Made by a program: the position numbers and the translations under genes
The notes under the pieces: generated by a model
Database searches by the model: none
The model's input: only the letters and a program-made list of their open reading frames with translations
What the model was told of the DNA's origin: nothing
IMG/VR virus record: IMGVR_UViG_3300046782_000740
Coordinates: 1-62,775 of that record
Direction: 5' to 3' (one strand)
DNA from: a virus
Lineage: Duplodnaviria > Caudoviricetes
DNA length: 62,775 bases
In this document: in pieces, positions 9,858 through 19,449 of the stretch
Layout of the letters: the number at the start of each line of letters is the position of its first letter
Position numbering within the stretch: the stretch's first letter is position 1

Positions 9858-10401
9858 CGTTGTTCTCCTGTTCCAGCATCAACAGGTCGCCGCCTGTCTT
9901 GTCCATGATCTTCGTGCCCAGCGCGCGGGCCATGCTGATCATGGGCGGCACCTGTAGCGGGGAGACCTTGAATGTCTGTACAGCGTCCCAGTCGGGGGCC
10001 GTCTCTACGCAAATCACGTAGGTGTCGCCGCGCCCGACGTACAGCGCCACGCGCTGCTGGGGGATCTCAGCCACGGTCGCTTGCACAGGTTGTGGATCGT
10101 ACACCTGGGGCCTCCGCATGGCCGTGGCACTGACAGGCTCGTCGTGCACCACGGTCACGGGTTCAGGCATCCAGTCATGGCCGTAATCGACGCCGGGATG
10201 GTGATCATCGCCGCATTGATAGCACGGCGGCTTGGGGATCCGCGAGTTGTATCCCGGTGTGCCAGGCACGACAGCCAGGCTGTGCAGGTCCACCTGCCCG
10301 TTGGGAGCGCTCACCTGCGCGCGGCGGATGTCTGGAGAGAGGGCGGGCGGCGTGGGCCGCATGGCGCTGAACAGACCCAACGCGCCGTCGTCGGTCGACA
10401 T
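9736..10401 (-). CDS. Hypothetical protein (221 aa) with a CxxC..HH motif
   Basis: Follows the portal directly; contains CYQCGDDHH. Confidence 0.65.
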   Translation of the reverse strand: MSTDDGALGLFSAMRPTPPALSPDIRRAQVSAPNGQVDLHSLAVVPGTPGYNSRIPKPPCYQCGDDHHPGVDYGHDWMPEPVTVVHDEPVSATAMRRPQVYDPQPVQATVAEIPQQRVALYVGRGDTYVICVETAPDWDAVQTFKVSPLQVPPMISMARALGTKIMDKTGGDLLMLEQENNDARSQSPQTHDRGAEGSGDRGPRRPGPAAVGAEVDQPEED

Positions 10402-10416
10402 AGCTCGCTCAGTCTA

Positions 10417-12402
10417 TCATCCAAGCGTACGCGCCTGGCCGCGTTGATCCGGCCCCATACCGCCTGGTCTGCCGGAGGTACGCACGCCGTTGCGCGAGCG
10501 GCTGGACTGCGCCATGGAGGTGCCCGCTGGGCTGCCTCCGCCTGCGGGCGGCGCCGAGACTCCGCCACCCGACGGTCCGCCAGCGGCTGGCGGCTGCATC
10601 GTGCCGCCCTGCGGATTCAACGGCGAGTTGCCGCCGCCGCCACCGCCCTGCTGCTGCTGTTCCTGCAGGAGCTTCTGGCTCAAGGCGATGAAGCGCGGGC
10701 TGTCCTCGCCGAACCAGTTCTTGATGCGCTCCAACCCGACTTGCTCGACCACGAACGGCAGCCCGTCGACGGCCTCCCGGACCATCTCGTCGAGCCACTC
10801 TTGCGGGTTGTCGGTCGCACCGGAAAGCTCGATGCTCGTCCGATGCGGCATCCATTTGTTGGTCTGCAGCGCCTGCAGCGCCTTCCACTGCTCCAGCAGC
10901 GCGGGATCCAGGCGCCGCCCGAGGCTGACCTCGAAGCCGTCCCAGTAGCCGTCGATGTCCTTGGGCGCGATGGTCACTTCGCCGAGGTCGTCACCGTTGC
11001 GGTCCTTACCCGGTACCGGTAGGGTGAGCTTGTCTTGCAGGCATACTTCGAGTTCCATTGCCGCCAGTTCGAGGGCCCGCGTCACACCCCGCACGATGGC
11101 ATCTTTGGCGCTCTCGATCTTGAGCGTCCGCATGGACTGAATGGCCCAGAGTTGCTGTGCCGAGCGTGTGCCCTCCGCCGAGCGGGGGCCCTGTGCAACG
11201 CCGTTGCGCTGAATGTACTGGTCGACCACGCCCGTGGTCTGGAGGAGTTCCTCCGGTACAGGCTGCCCTTCGAGCATCTGCAGGTACTCGCCGATGCGCT
11301 GGTCGATGGGGATGTACTGACCGGGCCTGATCTCGATCTGCCGCCCGTCCTTGGTCCAGCCCAGGTAGGTCCGCCAGGCATTGATGGCCAGCATCCAGAT
11401 CTGCATCGTCAGGACGTTTGACTCGATGGGGTACAGACCGGAGGCGTTGGTCAGCATGCCCCGGTACTTGCGCTCCATGTCGTTGAAGGTCAACTCCCGG
11501 AACGGGCAGATGACGTACGGCACCTCGGGGTAGCCGTGCTCGGCGACGCCTCGGTACGGCCCGTTGTCGCCGACGTCGAAGAGCGGATGATCGTTCAGGA
11601 TCAGGCAGCGGTAGCGCCCGATCCACACGTCGTCCACCCAGACGAGCGAATCGGGCGCCAGGTTGCGCAGCGCGTGGGGCGTGTCGGCGTAGCGCGCAAA
11701 GGCGTACAGCGCCTCGGTCTTGGACGTCTCGTAGTGCTCGACCACGACGAGTAGCTCGCCGTCCTCGGCCTCGCGCCAGCGCACAACCCGGGGGTCGCGG
11801 CGCTGGAAGACGATGGGGTTCTTGCGCCTGTGCCTGATCTCCCAGATCTCCTCGGGGTCGGCCTCCTGCCAGTCCTGCACGCGCATGTCGTAGGTGTCGT
11901 CGTCCTCGCCCTCTTCCTGCTCGGGCTGCGGGCCGTGCACCTGCATGCCTTCCGGCTTGTTGGGCCACACGCTCCGGTCGATCATGATCCGAAAGACACC
12001 CACCCTGCGGATGACCATGTCCGTCGGGATCTGCCGCAGCACGTCCTTCTGCTTGCGCCAGGCGTGCAGCATGGCCTTGCCGAAGCGCGTCAGCTTGTCC
12101 GCCTGCTCACGATACTTCTGACGTGCTCGCGCGGGCCGAACGCGGATCGAGATGTCGGGCGGTACCAGAGAATCAATAGCCGCGTCTGCATCTGCTGGCG
12201 CCGAGCCCGTCTTGACTGCCAGCCTGCCGCCCGGGGACTCCACGTCGAACTGTTGGAAGTACAGGTCTTCCTCGTCCTCCATGGCATCGTCGATCTCCCC
12301 CCACTCACTGATCAGATGGTCGCGCCAGTACACGACCTCCTCGTAGGTCGGACGGTCGTCAATCTCTGACCGGTATGCGCTCGGCGGCTGGGTGTCGCTC
12401 AT
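10417..12402 (-). CDS. Portal protein (podovirus-type head-tail connector)
   Basis: 661 aa immediately after TerL with ATGA coupling; EHGYPEVPYV and IEIRPGQYIPI resemble P22/T7-like portals; disordered C-terminus. Confidence 0.85.
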   Translation of the reverse strand: MSDTQPPSAYRSEIDDRPTYEEVVYWRDHLISEWGEIDDAMEDEEDLYFQQFDVESPGGRLAVKTGSAPADADAAIDSLVPPDISIRVRPARARQKYREQADKLTRFGKAMLHAWRKQKDVLRQIPTDMVIRRVGVFRIMIDRSVWPNKPEGMQVHGPQPEQEEGEDDDTYDMRVQDWQEADPEEIWEIRHRRKNPIVFQRRDPRVVRWREAEDGELLVVVEHYETSKTEALYAFARYADTPHALRNLAPDSLVWVDDVWIGRYRCLILNDHPLFDVGDNGPYRGVAEHGYPEVPYVICPFRELTFNDMERKYRGMLTNASGLYPIESNVLTMQIWMLAINAWRTYLGWTKDGRQIEIRPGQYIPIDQRIGEYLQMLEGQPVPEELLQTTGVVDQYIQRNGVAQGPRSAEGTRSAQQLWAIQSMRTLKIESAKDAIVRGVTRALELAAMELEVCLQDKLTLPVPGKDRNGDDLGEVTIAPKDIDGYWDGFEVSLGRRLDPALLEQWKALQALQTNKWMPHRTSIELSGATDNPQEWLDEMVREAVDGLPFVVEQVGLERIKNWFGEDSPRFIALSQKLLQEQQQQGGGGGGNSPLNPQGGTMQPPAAGGPSGGGVSAPPAGGGSPAGTSMAQSSRSRNGVRTSGRPGGMGPDQRGQARTLG

Positions 12403-14384
12403 CGGGTGGCCGCGCTCAGGTACGACCTGGGCTCAAATGGGCCGCGCTCATGATAGCTACGCATGTGTTCGATGAACATTCTGCCGCGCGAGACGGGCTG
12501 TCGGGCGAGGACTTCCGGTGGGATACGCGGACGGTTGATGTCGTCCTCGTCGATGTCGGGCTCGATGTGCGTGTCCAGATAGCTGTAGCTGGCGCCTTCG
12601 GGCTCCCCCTCGAAGCGCTTCTTCATCCACACGTAGTAGCCCCACGCGTCCATGGCGTGGTTCATCCAGTCGCGCGGCTGCTCCAGATAGTTCTCGTTGG
12701 CGCTCTTGGCACGCTTGTCGAAGGTGTACGCCTTGAACTCGGCGATCATGTTGGTGCAGCCGGAGTCGATGCGGATCCTGGCACAGCTTCTCAGGTACTG
12801 CAGGGTCGGCCCCAGCAGGTGCTCGTCGTTCAGGGATTCCTCGACCTGAATGACCAGCGCGCGCTGCGCGTCCTCGTCCAGCAGGTGGTCGGTGTCTGCC
12901 TCCATGCCCATGTCTTCCAGCATCATGTTGACCCTGCTGCGGTAGAACCGGAAGAAGCGCACCGGGTCGCGTAGCTGGTTGCGCATGAACGGCAGCCGCT
13001 CGGAGACCTTGGGCTTCTTCTCGATGCAGTAGGCAGGGAACCCCATGCGCTGCCAGCGCCGCATCTCCTCGGGCTGTGCCGAGTCGCAGATCATGTCGGA
13101 CACACCCTGAATCTCCCACTGGGGCAGCAGGGATCCTTCTGGTGAGATCTGCTTGGCGTTGAACCACGGGCGCGAGCACAGTAGCTCGGCGATCTCTTCG
13201 GTCGACCGGTGGGTCTCGTAGATCTCGTCGAAGATGACCGTCATGTCGGTGTACTCCTGCAGCGCCATGACGCAGTACGCGTTGCTGCCGCCCGACGGGT
13301 CGACGGCCAGGATCACCGGTAGATCGGCGTTGTACTCGACGGTGGTGACGTGCACCTTCTCCTTGAACTGCGGGAAGACGCGGCTGCGAGAACTCGCGGG
13401 GATGCCGCCGAACTGTTCGAGGAACTCGTGCGGCTCCATCTCCTTGCTGGCCTGGACCAGGGCTGGAGTCTGCCGGCCTTGCGGGAAGGCGTAGAAGTTG
13501 ATCTCGTAGCTGGCGTCCTGAAACATCTCCCAGGCTGCCTGCTCGCCGTCGCGCGCCATCTCGCCGCGCGCGTCCATGGCCTTCTGCCAGAAGAAGTCGC
13601 CCTCACCCTCCCAGGATGAGATGAGCAGCGCCTGCCCGTTGCGGTCTGTCAGCGGCGGCAGGATAGCCCTGGTCCACGCCTGCTCGTAGACCTGTGCCGC
13701 CTCGTCGATGATGGCCAGGTCAATCGCCGCGCCCGCCGCCGTCCAGATGTTATCCAGCGAGATACCTTCTAGCCGGGCCCCGTTGTCGAGTATGCACAGC
13801 TTCTCTTGATTGGTATCCCTGACGGTGCGGGTCTTCATGCCGTAGTCGCGGACCATCTCCATGACCTTGTCGAAGGCGCGTGAGACGAGCTTCATGGTCG
13901 GCGCCGCCAGCCAGATCCACGACCTGGGGCGCGCGTCGGCGACAACGATGGCCTCCATGGCAGCCTCGGTCGTCTTGCCGCCGCGCCGCCCCCAGGCAGC
14001 GATCCGAAACCTGGCCCTGGAACGAGCGAGCGCCTGCTGGCCAGTCCAGTGTCCATCCAGGCCCTGCTGCTGCCAGGCTTCGGACTCGTCCTGCAGCGCG
14101 TGGTACTCGCGCAGCCGCTCGTCGGGCGTGGCCTGCGAGCCGATCCAGCGCAACCTGCGCCTGAGATCCTTCTCCTGATCCTCGTCGTTGGGGACGAAGA
14201 TGCCGTGAGGCCGGAAGTTGAACTTCCGAAAACCCGCCAGGCGCTCCTCGGGACTGATGGGTCGGAACGGCGCTACGCGCGCCGTCGCCCGATCTTCCCA
14301 GGTCTTCAGCCAATCGTCGCTGGAACCTTGCGCCAGACGGCCAAAGTCCAGGCCCGTCAGCCCGGGGAGCGTGGTCGGCGGCAA
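12399..14384 (-). CDS. terL: Terminase large subunit
   Basis: Walker A WGRRGGKT, WLAAPT, Walker B AIIDEAA, nuclease AVDPSG and NHAMDAWGY. Confidence 0.95.
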   Translation of the reverse strand: MPPTTLPGLTGLDFGRLAQGSSDDWLKTWEDRATARVAPFRPISPEERLAGFRKFNFRPHGIFVPNDEDQEKDLRRRLRWIGSQATPDERLREYHALQDESEAWQQQGLDGHWTGQQALARSRARFRIAAWGRRGGKTTEAAMEAIVVADARPRSWIWLAAPTMKLVSRAFDKVMEMVRDYGMKTRTVRDTNQEKLCILDNGARLEGISLDNIWTAAGAAIDLAIIDEAAQVYEQAWTRAILPPLTDRNGQALLISSWEGEGDFFWQKAMDARGEMARDGEQAAWEMFQDASYEINFYAFPQGRQTPALVQASKEMEPHEFLEQFGGIPASSRSRVFPQFKEKVHVTTVEYNADLPVILAVDPSGGSNAYCVMALQEYTDMTVIFDEIYETHRSTEEIAELLCSRPWFNAKQISPEGSLLPQWEIQGVSDMICDSAQPEEMRRWQRMGFPAYCIEKKPKVSERLPFMRNQLRDPVRFFRFYRSRVNMMLEDMGMEADTDHLLDEDAQRALVIQVEESLNDEHLLGPTLQYLRSCARIRIDSGCTNMIAEFKAYTFDKRAKSANENYLEQPRDWMNHAMDAWGYYVWMKKRFEGEPEGASYSYLDTHIEPDIDEDDINRPRIPPEVLARQPVSRGRMFIEHMRSYHERGPFEPRSYLSAATR

Positions 14385-14762
14385 CTACTTCTTCTTGGGG
14401 GCGAACGCGGGTGGCTTACCGGTGCTCTTCTTGGCGGCGGGCCGCGTGCTGCTGGCCTTCGGTGAAGCCGCCTTGGAGTTGCCGTTGCCCAGCGTCGCGG
14501 CGCCCGCGCGAGAGCCGCCTGTCAGCGTGCGCGGCAGCTTCTGGCGTCCCGCCTTGGGCGCGGCGCCGCCGAGCGCCTTGCGCGTGGGGCGCTGCGGCGT
14601 GGGCGGCTTGAGCCCACTGCCGACACCAGGCAGGGGCGGCGCGCTGCCCGCGAACGGGTTGCTGGGGACGCGGCTGCCCGTCGGGCCTGGCGCGCCGAAG
14701 GGCCCAGGCTGGGCGCTCGGGAAGGGGGGCCCGAGGGGTGAGTTGGGGGGCGGAGGCCGCAT
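14385..14762 (-). CDS. Pro/Lys-rich basic hypothetical protein (125 aa)
   Basis: Abuts the terL start codon; low complexity. Confidence 0.6.
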   Translation of the reverse strand: MRPPPPNSPLGPPFPSAQPGPFGAPGPTGSRVPSNPFAGSAPPLPGVGSGLKPPTPQRPTRKALGGAAPKAGRQKLPRTLTGGSRAGAATLGNGNSKAASPKASSTRPAAKKSTGKPPAFAPKKK

Positions 14763-14763
14763 C

Positions 14764-14865
14764 CTAGTATTTGTCCGTCTTCTTGCTTGACGGTGTGCCG
14801 CCCGGGACTTTGATCACCGGAATGCAGCGGCTGCCGCTGCCTGACTTACTTCCCTTTTTTGCCAC
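14764..14865 (-). CDS. Small basic protein (33 aa, [23 protein letters not shown]...)
   Basis: Hand-translated; fills the gap between two late genes. Confidence 0.4.
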   Translation of the reverse strand: MAKKGSKSGSGSRCIPVIKVPGGTPSSKKTDKY

Positions 14866-14995
14866 TCTTGTTCCTCGCTTTCCCAGCCATCCGCATAGAC
14901 GCGGCGATGGCCTGTTTTTGTGGATGGCCCGCTTTGACCATCTCCCGGATATTACCGCTGATCACCTGCTGGTTGGAGCCCTTCTTGAGCGGCAC
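14846..14995 (-). CDS. Small basic phage protein (49 aa, [39 protein letters not shown]...)
   Basis: Hand-translated; resembles the PLKKG..S.NI.E....G.PQKQA.A pattern I recall from small proteins near terminases. Confidence 0.75.
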   Translation of the reverse strand: MPLKKGSNQQVISGNIREMVKAGHPQKQAIAASMRMAGKARNKSGKKGK

Positions 14996-15144
14996 GTCAG
15001 GCCCACGCTTTCCACAGCACAAAGAGCGCCGTACTGGTCAAAACGAGAACGGTGATGACGTAGACGAGGCACGTGCTGAACGGTAGCTCGTCCTCGCCTG
15101 GAAGCTTGTAATAGTGGCGCGATTTCGGCACGGCGCCATAGTAA

Positions 15145-15672
15145 TCATTGCCGCAGCCAGACCACCTGCCAGGGCAGCAGCGACTCGAATTGCGAGCGTG
15201 AGATGGTGTCGTAGATGCCGTACCAGCCTGGCGCGGAGTTGGCTACCCACAGCCGTCCGTTGAGCACCCCGCGTATCGCCACGAAGTGGTACCACGTGGT
15301 GGAGTTCAAAACACCGGCGGTCTCTTCGCACAGTTGGTAGATGCGGTCCCAGTCGGCCCACTCCTGATGTGCGCTGGGGCCGTAGTTGCCGAGCGTGTTG
15401 ACGGCGCACTGGACGCTGGCCAGCCCGACCTGGGGGTTCACGCACTCGGGGTAGCCCATCTCGAACGCCGTCTGCTCCCGGGTCGACCACGGGTCGAGCC
15501 CCGTGGCGCGCAGGGTCCAGTCGACGCTGCAGATCGAGCACGTCCAGTCGTACGACTGGGGCGGCATGGCCATGTCCCGGTGGGCGTTGAAGTGCGACCA
15601 CCAGTCGTCTGGCACAGGTGGGGGCGGGGCGATCTTGCGTACCGGTGCCCAGACCCCCGCCAGAGCGGTCAT
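15145..15672 (-). CDS. Papain-fold, peptidase C39-like protein (endolysin or maturation protease candidate)
   Basis: Q-x4-TC catalytic Cys motif (QSYDWTC), HFVAIRG His motif, LWVANS; ATGA coupling to the upstream membrane protein. Confidence 0.75.
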   Translation of the reverse strand: MTALAGVWAPVRKIAPPPPVPDDWWSHFNAHRDMAMPPQSYDWTCSICSVDWTLRATGLDPWSTREQTAFEMGYPECVNPQVGLASVQCAVNTLGNYGPSAHQEWADWDRIYQLCEETAGVLNSTTWYHFVAIRGVLNGRLWVANSAPGWYGIYDTISRSQFESLLPWQVVWLRQ

Positions 15673-15839
15673 CGCAACAGGATTGCCAGCGCCAGACCGC
15701 CGAGCACCAGCGCCAGCTTGGGCTCGATCATGTTGGTCAGCCACATCACGAACACGGCGATCAGCACCAGCAGGGCGATCAGCCCGCCGATCCAGCCGCC
15801 GTAGACCACGGGGTAGGTGCGTTGAACAGGGACGCTCAT
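15669..15839 (-). CDS. Small two-TM membrane protein, holin candidate (56 aa)
   Basis: Hand-translated MSVPVQRTYPVVYGGWIGGLIALLVLIAVFVMWLTNMIEPKLALVLGGLALAILLR; ATGA overlaps on both sides. Confidence 0.75.
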   Translation of the reverse strand: MSVPVQRTYPVVYGGWIGGLIALLVLIAVFVMWLTNMIEPKLALVLGGLALAILLR

Positions 15840-16066
15840 CTCAGTGATGCTCCATTCGTCGCATCCCAGGCAATAACCGCGCCGCTGGAGAACGCCATCT
15901 GCATTCCCCCGGTGTCGGCGTCCGCCATCTCGTCGGACACCGGCACGCCGATATACGTGCCGTTGGCCTTGAGATCGAGCCAGTACCTGCAGATGGCCGT
16001 CTCGGGGTTGAAGACCAACCCGTCGACGACCGAATGCCAGGCAGCCTGGTGACCCACGTCGGACAT
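15836..16066 (-). CDS. LGFP-repeat-like protein (76 aa)
   Basis: AICRYW...YIGVPVSDE...QMAFSSGAVIAW matches the LGFP cell-wall-binding repeat pattern. Confidence 0.65.
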   Translation of the reverse strand: MSDVGHQAAWHSVVDGLVFNPETAICRYWLDLKANGTYIGVPVSDEMADADTGGMQMAFSSGAVIAWDATNGASLR

Positions 16067-16140
16067 TAGCTGAACGTCCGCGCCCAGGTGTACTTCTGCC
16101 AGTTGTACCTGTAATACCCGGCTACGAGTGTGGTGTGCAT
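16066..16140 (-). CDS. Micro-ORF (24 aa, MHTTLVAGYYRYNWQKYTWARTFS)
   Basis: Starts 2 nt after the upstream stop; TAATG coupling downstream; shares NWxxYTWA with the upstream protein. Confidence 0.5.
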   Translation of the reverse strand: MHTTLVAGYYRYNWQKYTWARTFS

Positions 16141-16142
16141 GG

Positions 16143-16649
16143 CTATGGCGTCGGGTAGGTGGTCATCTTGGGGTTGTACTGGGCCCACGTGTAGGACGAC
16201 CAGTTGCCCGCCGCTGGGCCCTGCCCGAGGCTGGTCGTGCCGCCGCCGTACGCGGGGCGCGTGCCGTCGCCGTACATGTTGAACCTGACCGGTACCGAGC
16301 GCCCCTGCTGCACCCGTCCGCCGAGCAGCCGCACGAAGCCCTGCTGCGAGCGCAGCGATTTACCCGAGACGTCGGCGGCATCCAGGCGCAGCGAGAAGCC
16401 GAAGGTGTAGCCGCCGTGGTTGCCAGCGGGCAGCGCGTTGGTGGTGATCGAGTGGCGCGTGCGCAGCACGCCTTCGAGGACGGAGCCCGCCAGCGGCTGC
16501 GGCAGGCTGGGATCGTTCTGCGCCCAGTAGTCCATCGCCATCAGCACCGGCTGATCGGTGTCGAAGGTGACGGTGAATCCCGCGTTGGTGGGGGTGGCGA
16601 CGATGTTGGACAGCGTGATGAATCCGGCAGGGCCAGCGACGATGGGCAT
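16143..16649 (-). CDS. Fibronectin-III-like domain virion protein (168 aa)
   Basis: ITLSNIVATPTNAGFTVTFDTDQP...HSITTNALP...YTF pattern. Confidence 0.6.
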   Translation of the reverse strand: MPIVAGPAGFITLSNIVATPTNAGFTVTFDTDQPVLMAMDYWAQNDPSLPQPLAGSVLEGVLRTRHSITTNALPAGNHGGYTFGFSLRLDAADVSGKSLRSQQGFVRLLGGRVQQGRSVPVRFNMYGDGTRPAYGGGTTSLGQGPAAGNWSSYTWAQYNPKMTTYPTP

Positions 16650-17053
16650 CAGAGGGTCTTCTCCTCCGCTTCCTTCTCTTCGCTCTGCGTGTCTTCGACG
16701 ACGATCTCGGGCGGGGGCTCTTCCTCGATGCTCTCCGGTGGCACACCCACGTACAGTGGCGGGTCGGTGCCCTCCACCTGCACCCGTACCCCCATCGTCG
16801 TCTGGGCGGTGTTGGGCACGATATCGGTCGGGTTCTGGCTGTCGACCACGACGCCCGTCGTTCGCGCGCGGAACTCGGCGTCCGACTCACCAGGCTGTTG
16901 CTGATGGGTCAGATCGTCGGGCGGCACGTCGGGCGCCGTCAGCAGGTTGGGCTGTTCGCCAGGCGGGGGCGGGTCGGGCATCGGCGCCGACGGGGTGTCA
17001 CGAGGCTCTACGTAGCCGGGATCTCCGGGTTCCAGAATGACTTCTTCGCTCAT
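16649..17053 (-). CDS. Acidic Pro-rich hypothetical protein (134 aa, [10 protein letters not shown]...)
   Basis: GGAGGAG RBS; ATGA coupling with the collagen gene; true 3' part of track ORF 16649..18001. Confidence 0.7.
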   Translation of the reverse strand: MSEEVILEPGDPGYVEPRDTPSAPMPDPPPPGEQPNLLTAPDVPPDDLTHQQQPGESDAEFRARTTGVVVDSQNPTDIVPNTAQTTMGVRVQVEGTDPPLYVGVPPESIEEEPPPEIVVEDTQSEEKEAEEKTL

Positions 17054-18387
17054 CGGGCTCCTCCGAGCACAAGGGTACGCTGAGATTGCACCGCGTTCTG
17101 CGGCAGCGCCGTGCTGTACGGGCAGTTGGCCAGGTAGTGCCACTCGCCGTCGGCGTAGCCAGGCTTGACCTCGTCGAGGAACGTCGCTGGTCCGCCGCGC
17201 GTGCCCAGCACAAACACGTTGAGGATCGACAGCGACAGATCGGTGGCGAGCACCACGGCTGGCTTGCACAGTCCATACCGGTCGTAGGTGGTGGGCCACG
17301 CGCGCCAGTGCACCATGGCGCCGATGGCCATGCCAGGCTGGCCAGCGGGGTCGCCTGGCGGTCCCTGCGGCCCAGCGGGTCCGTCGTCGCCCGTGTCGCC
17401 CTTGAGCCCGGGATCCCCCTGCGGACCCATCGGGCCAGCCACCCCCTGCGGTCCCGTGGCCCCCATCGGGCCCTGCGCGCCCGCCACACCGGGCGGTCCC
17501 TGGATGCCCTGCGGCCCGAGGAACTGGCCGATGTCGGTCCACGCGTTGCCGTCGGAGACGTGCAGGTGGCCGTCGTTCAGGGTGACGTACGCGTCGCCCA
17601 CGGGCTGCGGCTGCTGCGGCAACTGGGCGGTCGACTGGACCGAGCCGCGCAGCGTGTAGCCGTCGCCCTGCGGACCCATCGGGCCCTGTGCCCCGGTTGG
17701 TCCGATAGGCCCCTGAACCCCCTGCGGGCCCTGGTTGCCTGGCACTCCCTGGTCGCCCTGCGCGCCTGTCGGCCCGTGCGGCCCAGGCACCCCCTGCACC
17801 CCCTGCGGTCCCGCCGGCCCAGTCGCGCCGATGGGCCCCACGTCTCCGGGAGGACCGGTACCCCCCGTGGCGCCCTGCGACCCCGTGGGCCCCTGGATCC
17901 CCTGCGGACCCTGGATGCCCTGTGCGCCCTGCGGCCCCGTGTCGCCCGTGGGCCCCATGATGTTGGTCGAGGACTGCGCCCAGGTGCCGTTCTTGGACCA
18001 CACGTCCCCGTCGTCTTCGAGGTACATGTCGCCCGCTTTGCCGAGCGCCGCGTCGGGGATCGTCGCGCCGGTGTACCAGCGCGAGATGGCCGTAACGCCG
18101 CTGGTGTAGTCGACGGTGACCCGCTCGGTGCCGTCGAACGGCGTGCTGAAGGTGAGCACCCCAGCGGCAATGCTGTAGTTGCCGTCCTGAATGGACTGCA
18201 CCACGCCGTTGCGCGAGACGACCATGACCGAGTCGGGGGTCTGCGAGCAGGTGACCGTGGTCGCCCCGTTGGGGGGCATGAACTCCTCGTGGATGCCGAC
18301 CGGTGTCGTGCCAGACCCGCCGCCGCCCGTACTCCCCGCAGGGACGTCGAGCGCGTCGTAGGTCGGCGAGATCGTGGTGAAGCTCAC
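17050..18387 (-). CDS. Collagen-like (Gly-X-Y) fibre protein
   Basis: Two long GXY runs; [20 protein letters not shown] phage-fibre motif. Confidence 0.9.
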   Translation of the reverse strand: MSFTTISPTYDALDVPAGSTGGGGSGTTPVGIHEEFMPPNGATTVTCSQTPDSVMVVSRNGVVQSIQDGNYSIAAGVLTFSTPFDGTERVTVDYTSGVTAISRWYTGATIPDAALGKAGDMYLEDDGDVWSKNGTWAQSSTNIMGPTGDTGPQGAQGIQGPQGIQGPTGSQGATGGTGPPGDVGPIGATGPAGPQGVQGVPGPHGPTGAQGDQGVPGNQGPQGVQGPIGPTGAQGPMGPQGDGYTLRGSVQSTAQLPQQPQPVGDAYVTLNDGHLHVSDGNAWTDIGQFLGPQGIQGPPGVAGAQGPMGATGPQGVAGPMGPQGDPGLKGDTGDDGPAGPQGPPGDPAGQPGMAIGAMVHWRAWPTTYDRYGLCKPAVVLATDLSLSILNVFVLGTRGGPATFLDEVKPGYADGEWHYLANCPYSTALPQNAVQSQRTLVLGGAR

Positions 18388-18587
18388 GTGTGGGTTACCT
18401 GCACGCTGGGGATCGTCTCTGGTGCCGGATGATCGTACGGAACGATCTTATAGGCCACCCCGAACTGCCCGAAGTGCCTGGTCCAGACCATGTAGTCGCC
18501 ATAGTAGTCGAAGTGGCCGATGCACACGTACGCGCCGCCCGTCGGCTGACAGCGACCGGTAACCTCAAGACTCGGGGTTGGGTCCAT
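18384..18587 (-). CDS. Hypothetical protein (67 aa)
   Basis: GTGA coupling to the collagen gene. Confidence 0.45.
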   Translation of the reverse strand: MDPTPSLEVTGRCQPTGGAYVCIGHFDYYGDYMVWTRHFGQFGVAYKIVPYDHPAPETIPSVQVTHT

Positions 18588-18690
18588 CACGCTGGTTACC
18601 AAACCAGACCGCGACCAGCGCGGCCAGGACGGTTGAGACGCACAGTGTGGCTGCCACCCCCAGGCCGAAGCTCAGGAGGTCGAAGCTCAC
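18565..18690 (-). CDS. Small single-TM protein ([41 protein letters not shown])
   Basis: Hand-translated; GTGA coupling; hydrophobic helix. Confidence 0.5.
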   Translation of the reverse strand: MSFDLLSFGLGVAATLCVSTVLAALVAVWFGNQRDGPNPES

Positions 18691-18872
18691 GCCTGGAGCG
18701 CGGCGCTCAGGTGCGGCAGCAAACATGCGCTGCACAGTCGGATCTCCTGCACGGGCGTACTGAAGGTGGCGTACAGCAAGGCTGTGGCCTCCGCTGGCAG
18801 CGCATGCAGCCGTGATGATGCCACTTCTGCAGCGTGGCTGACGGGCGCCTCGCAGGCCAGACAGACGCTCAC
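18687..18872 (-). CDS. Small CxxC...CxxC protein (61 aa)
   Basis: CLAC and CSAC pairs; GTGA coupling on both sides. Confidence 0.55.
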   Translation of the reverse strand: MSVCLACEAPVSHAAEVASSRLHALPAEATALLYATFSTPVQEIRLCSACLLPHLSAALQA

Positions 18873-19132
18873 TTCTTGAATCCCTTGAGGGTTTGCGCCA
18901 GGCGCGCCTGCTTGCCGACCTTGCCGCCTTTGCTGGCGGCTTTCGTCAGCTTTTTGCTGGGGATGGGCTGCCCCTCGGGAATGCCCAGGCTGCGGTGCAG
19001 CCCGCCCTTGTTCTTCGTCGCCCCGGTGATCCAGTTGCCCTTGCTCTTCCGGTCGTTGCCGTTGCCGTACTCGGTGCCCTGGATGGGCGGCAGGGCAGCG
19101 GGCAGCGGCGGATTCTTCCTGGGCTGCGGCAC
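18869..19132 (-). CDS. Small basic phage protein (87 aa)
   Basis: WI.GA.KNKGGLHRSLGIPEGQPIP.KKL.KAA...GKQARLAQTL, a pattern I recall from podophage late regions. Confidence 0.75.
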   Translation of the reverse strand: MPQPRKNPPLPAALPPIQGTEYGNGNDRKSKGNWITGATKNKGGLHRSLGIPEGQPIPSKKLTKAASKGGKVGKQARLAQTLKGFKK

Positions 19133-19134
19133 AG

Positions 19135-19290
19135 TTATCTCTTCTTACGCGCGTTCCCGGCACCGGGCTTGTCGATGGGCAGCCCCCGCTTGCGGTCGAG
19201 CGCGTTGTCCTTCTTGGAGCCCTCGGGGATACCGTGGGCTTTGTCGAACGCCTTGTCCTGCTTCTCGGTGAACTTCTTCCTGGTGGCCAT
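19135..19290 (-). CDS. Small basic protein (51 aa, MATRKKFTEKQDKAFDKAHGIPEGSKKDNALDRKRG...)
   Basis: Hand-translated; good codon usage; packed between neighbours. Confidence 0.65.
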   Translation of the reverse strand: MATRKKFTEKQDKAFDKAHGIPEGSKKDNALDRKRGLPIDKPGAGNARKKR

Positions 19291-19299
19291 GCGTGCATC

Positions 19300-19449
19300 C
19301 TATGCCAGGCGCCACGTGGGGTGGCGGTCGTATCGGGTACAGCCTGTAAAGGTTTTCCAGCGAATGCGCTCGTCCCACAGGTCGTACCACCACGTGCGGT
19401 CGATCCACACCGGCGGCTTCCAGCGGTGATACCTATGCCGCGCGCGCAC
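19300..19449 (-). CDS. Possible Trp/Arg-rich small protein (49 aa)
   Basis: Hand-translated open frame from a GTG that fills the gap. Confidence 0.3.
   Translation of the reverse strand: MRARHRYHRWKPPVWIDRTWWYDLWDERIRWKTFTGCTRYDRHPTWRLA

Noticed and set aside
17330-17960. Tandem 9-nt periodic repeats
   Set aside because: Collagen Gly-X-Y coding sequence, not a CRISPR or iteron array.
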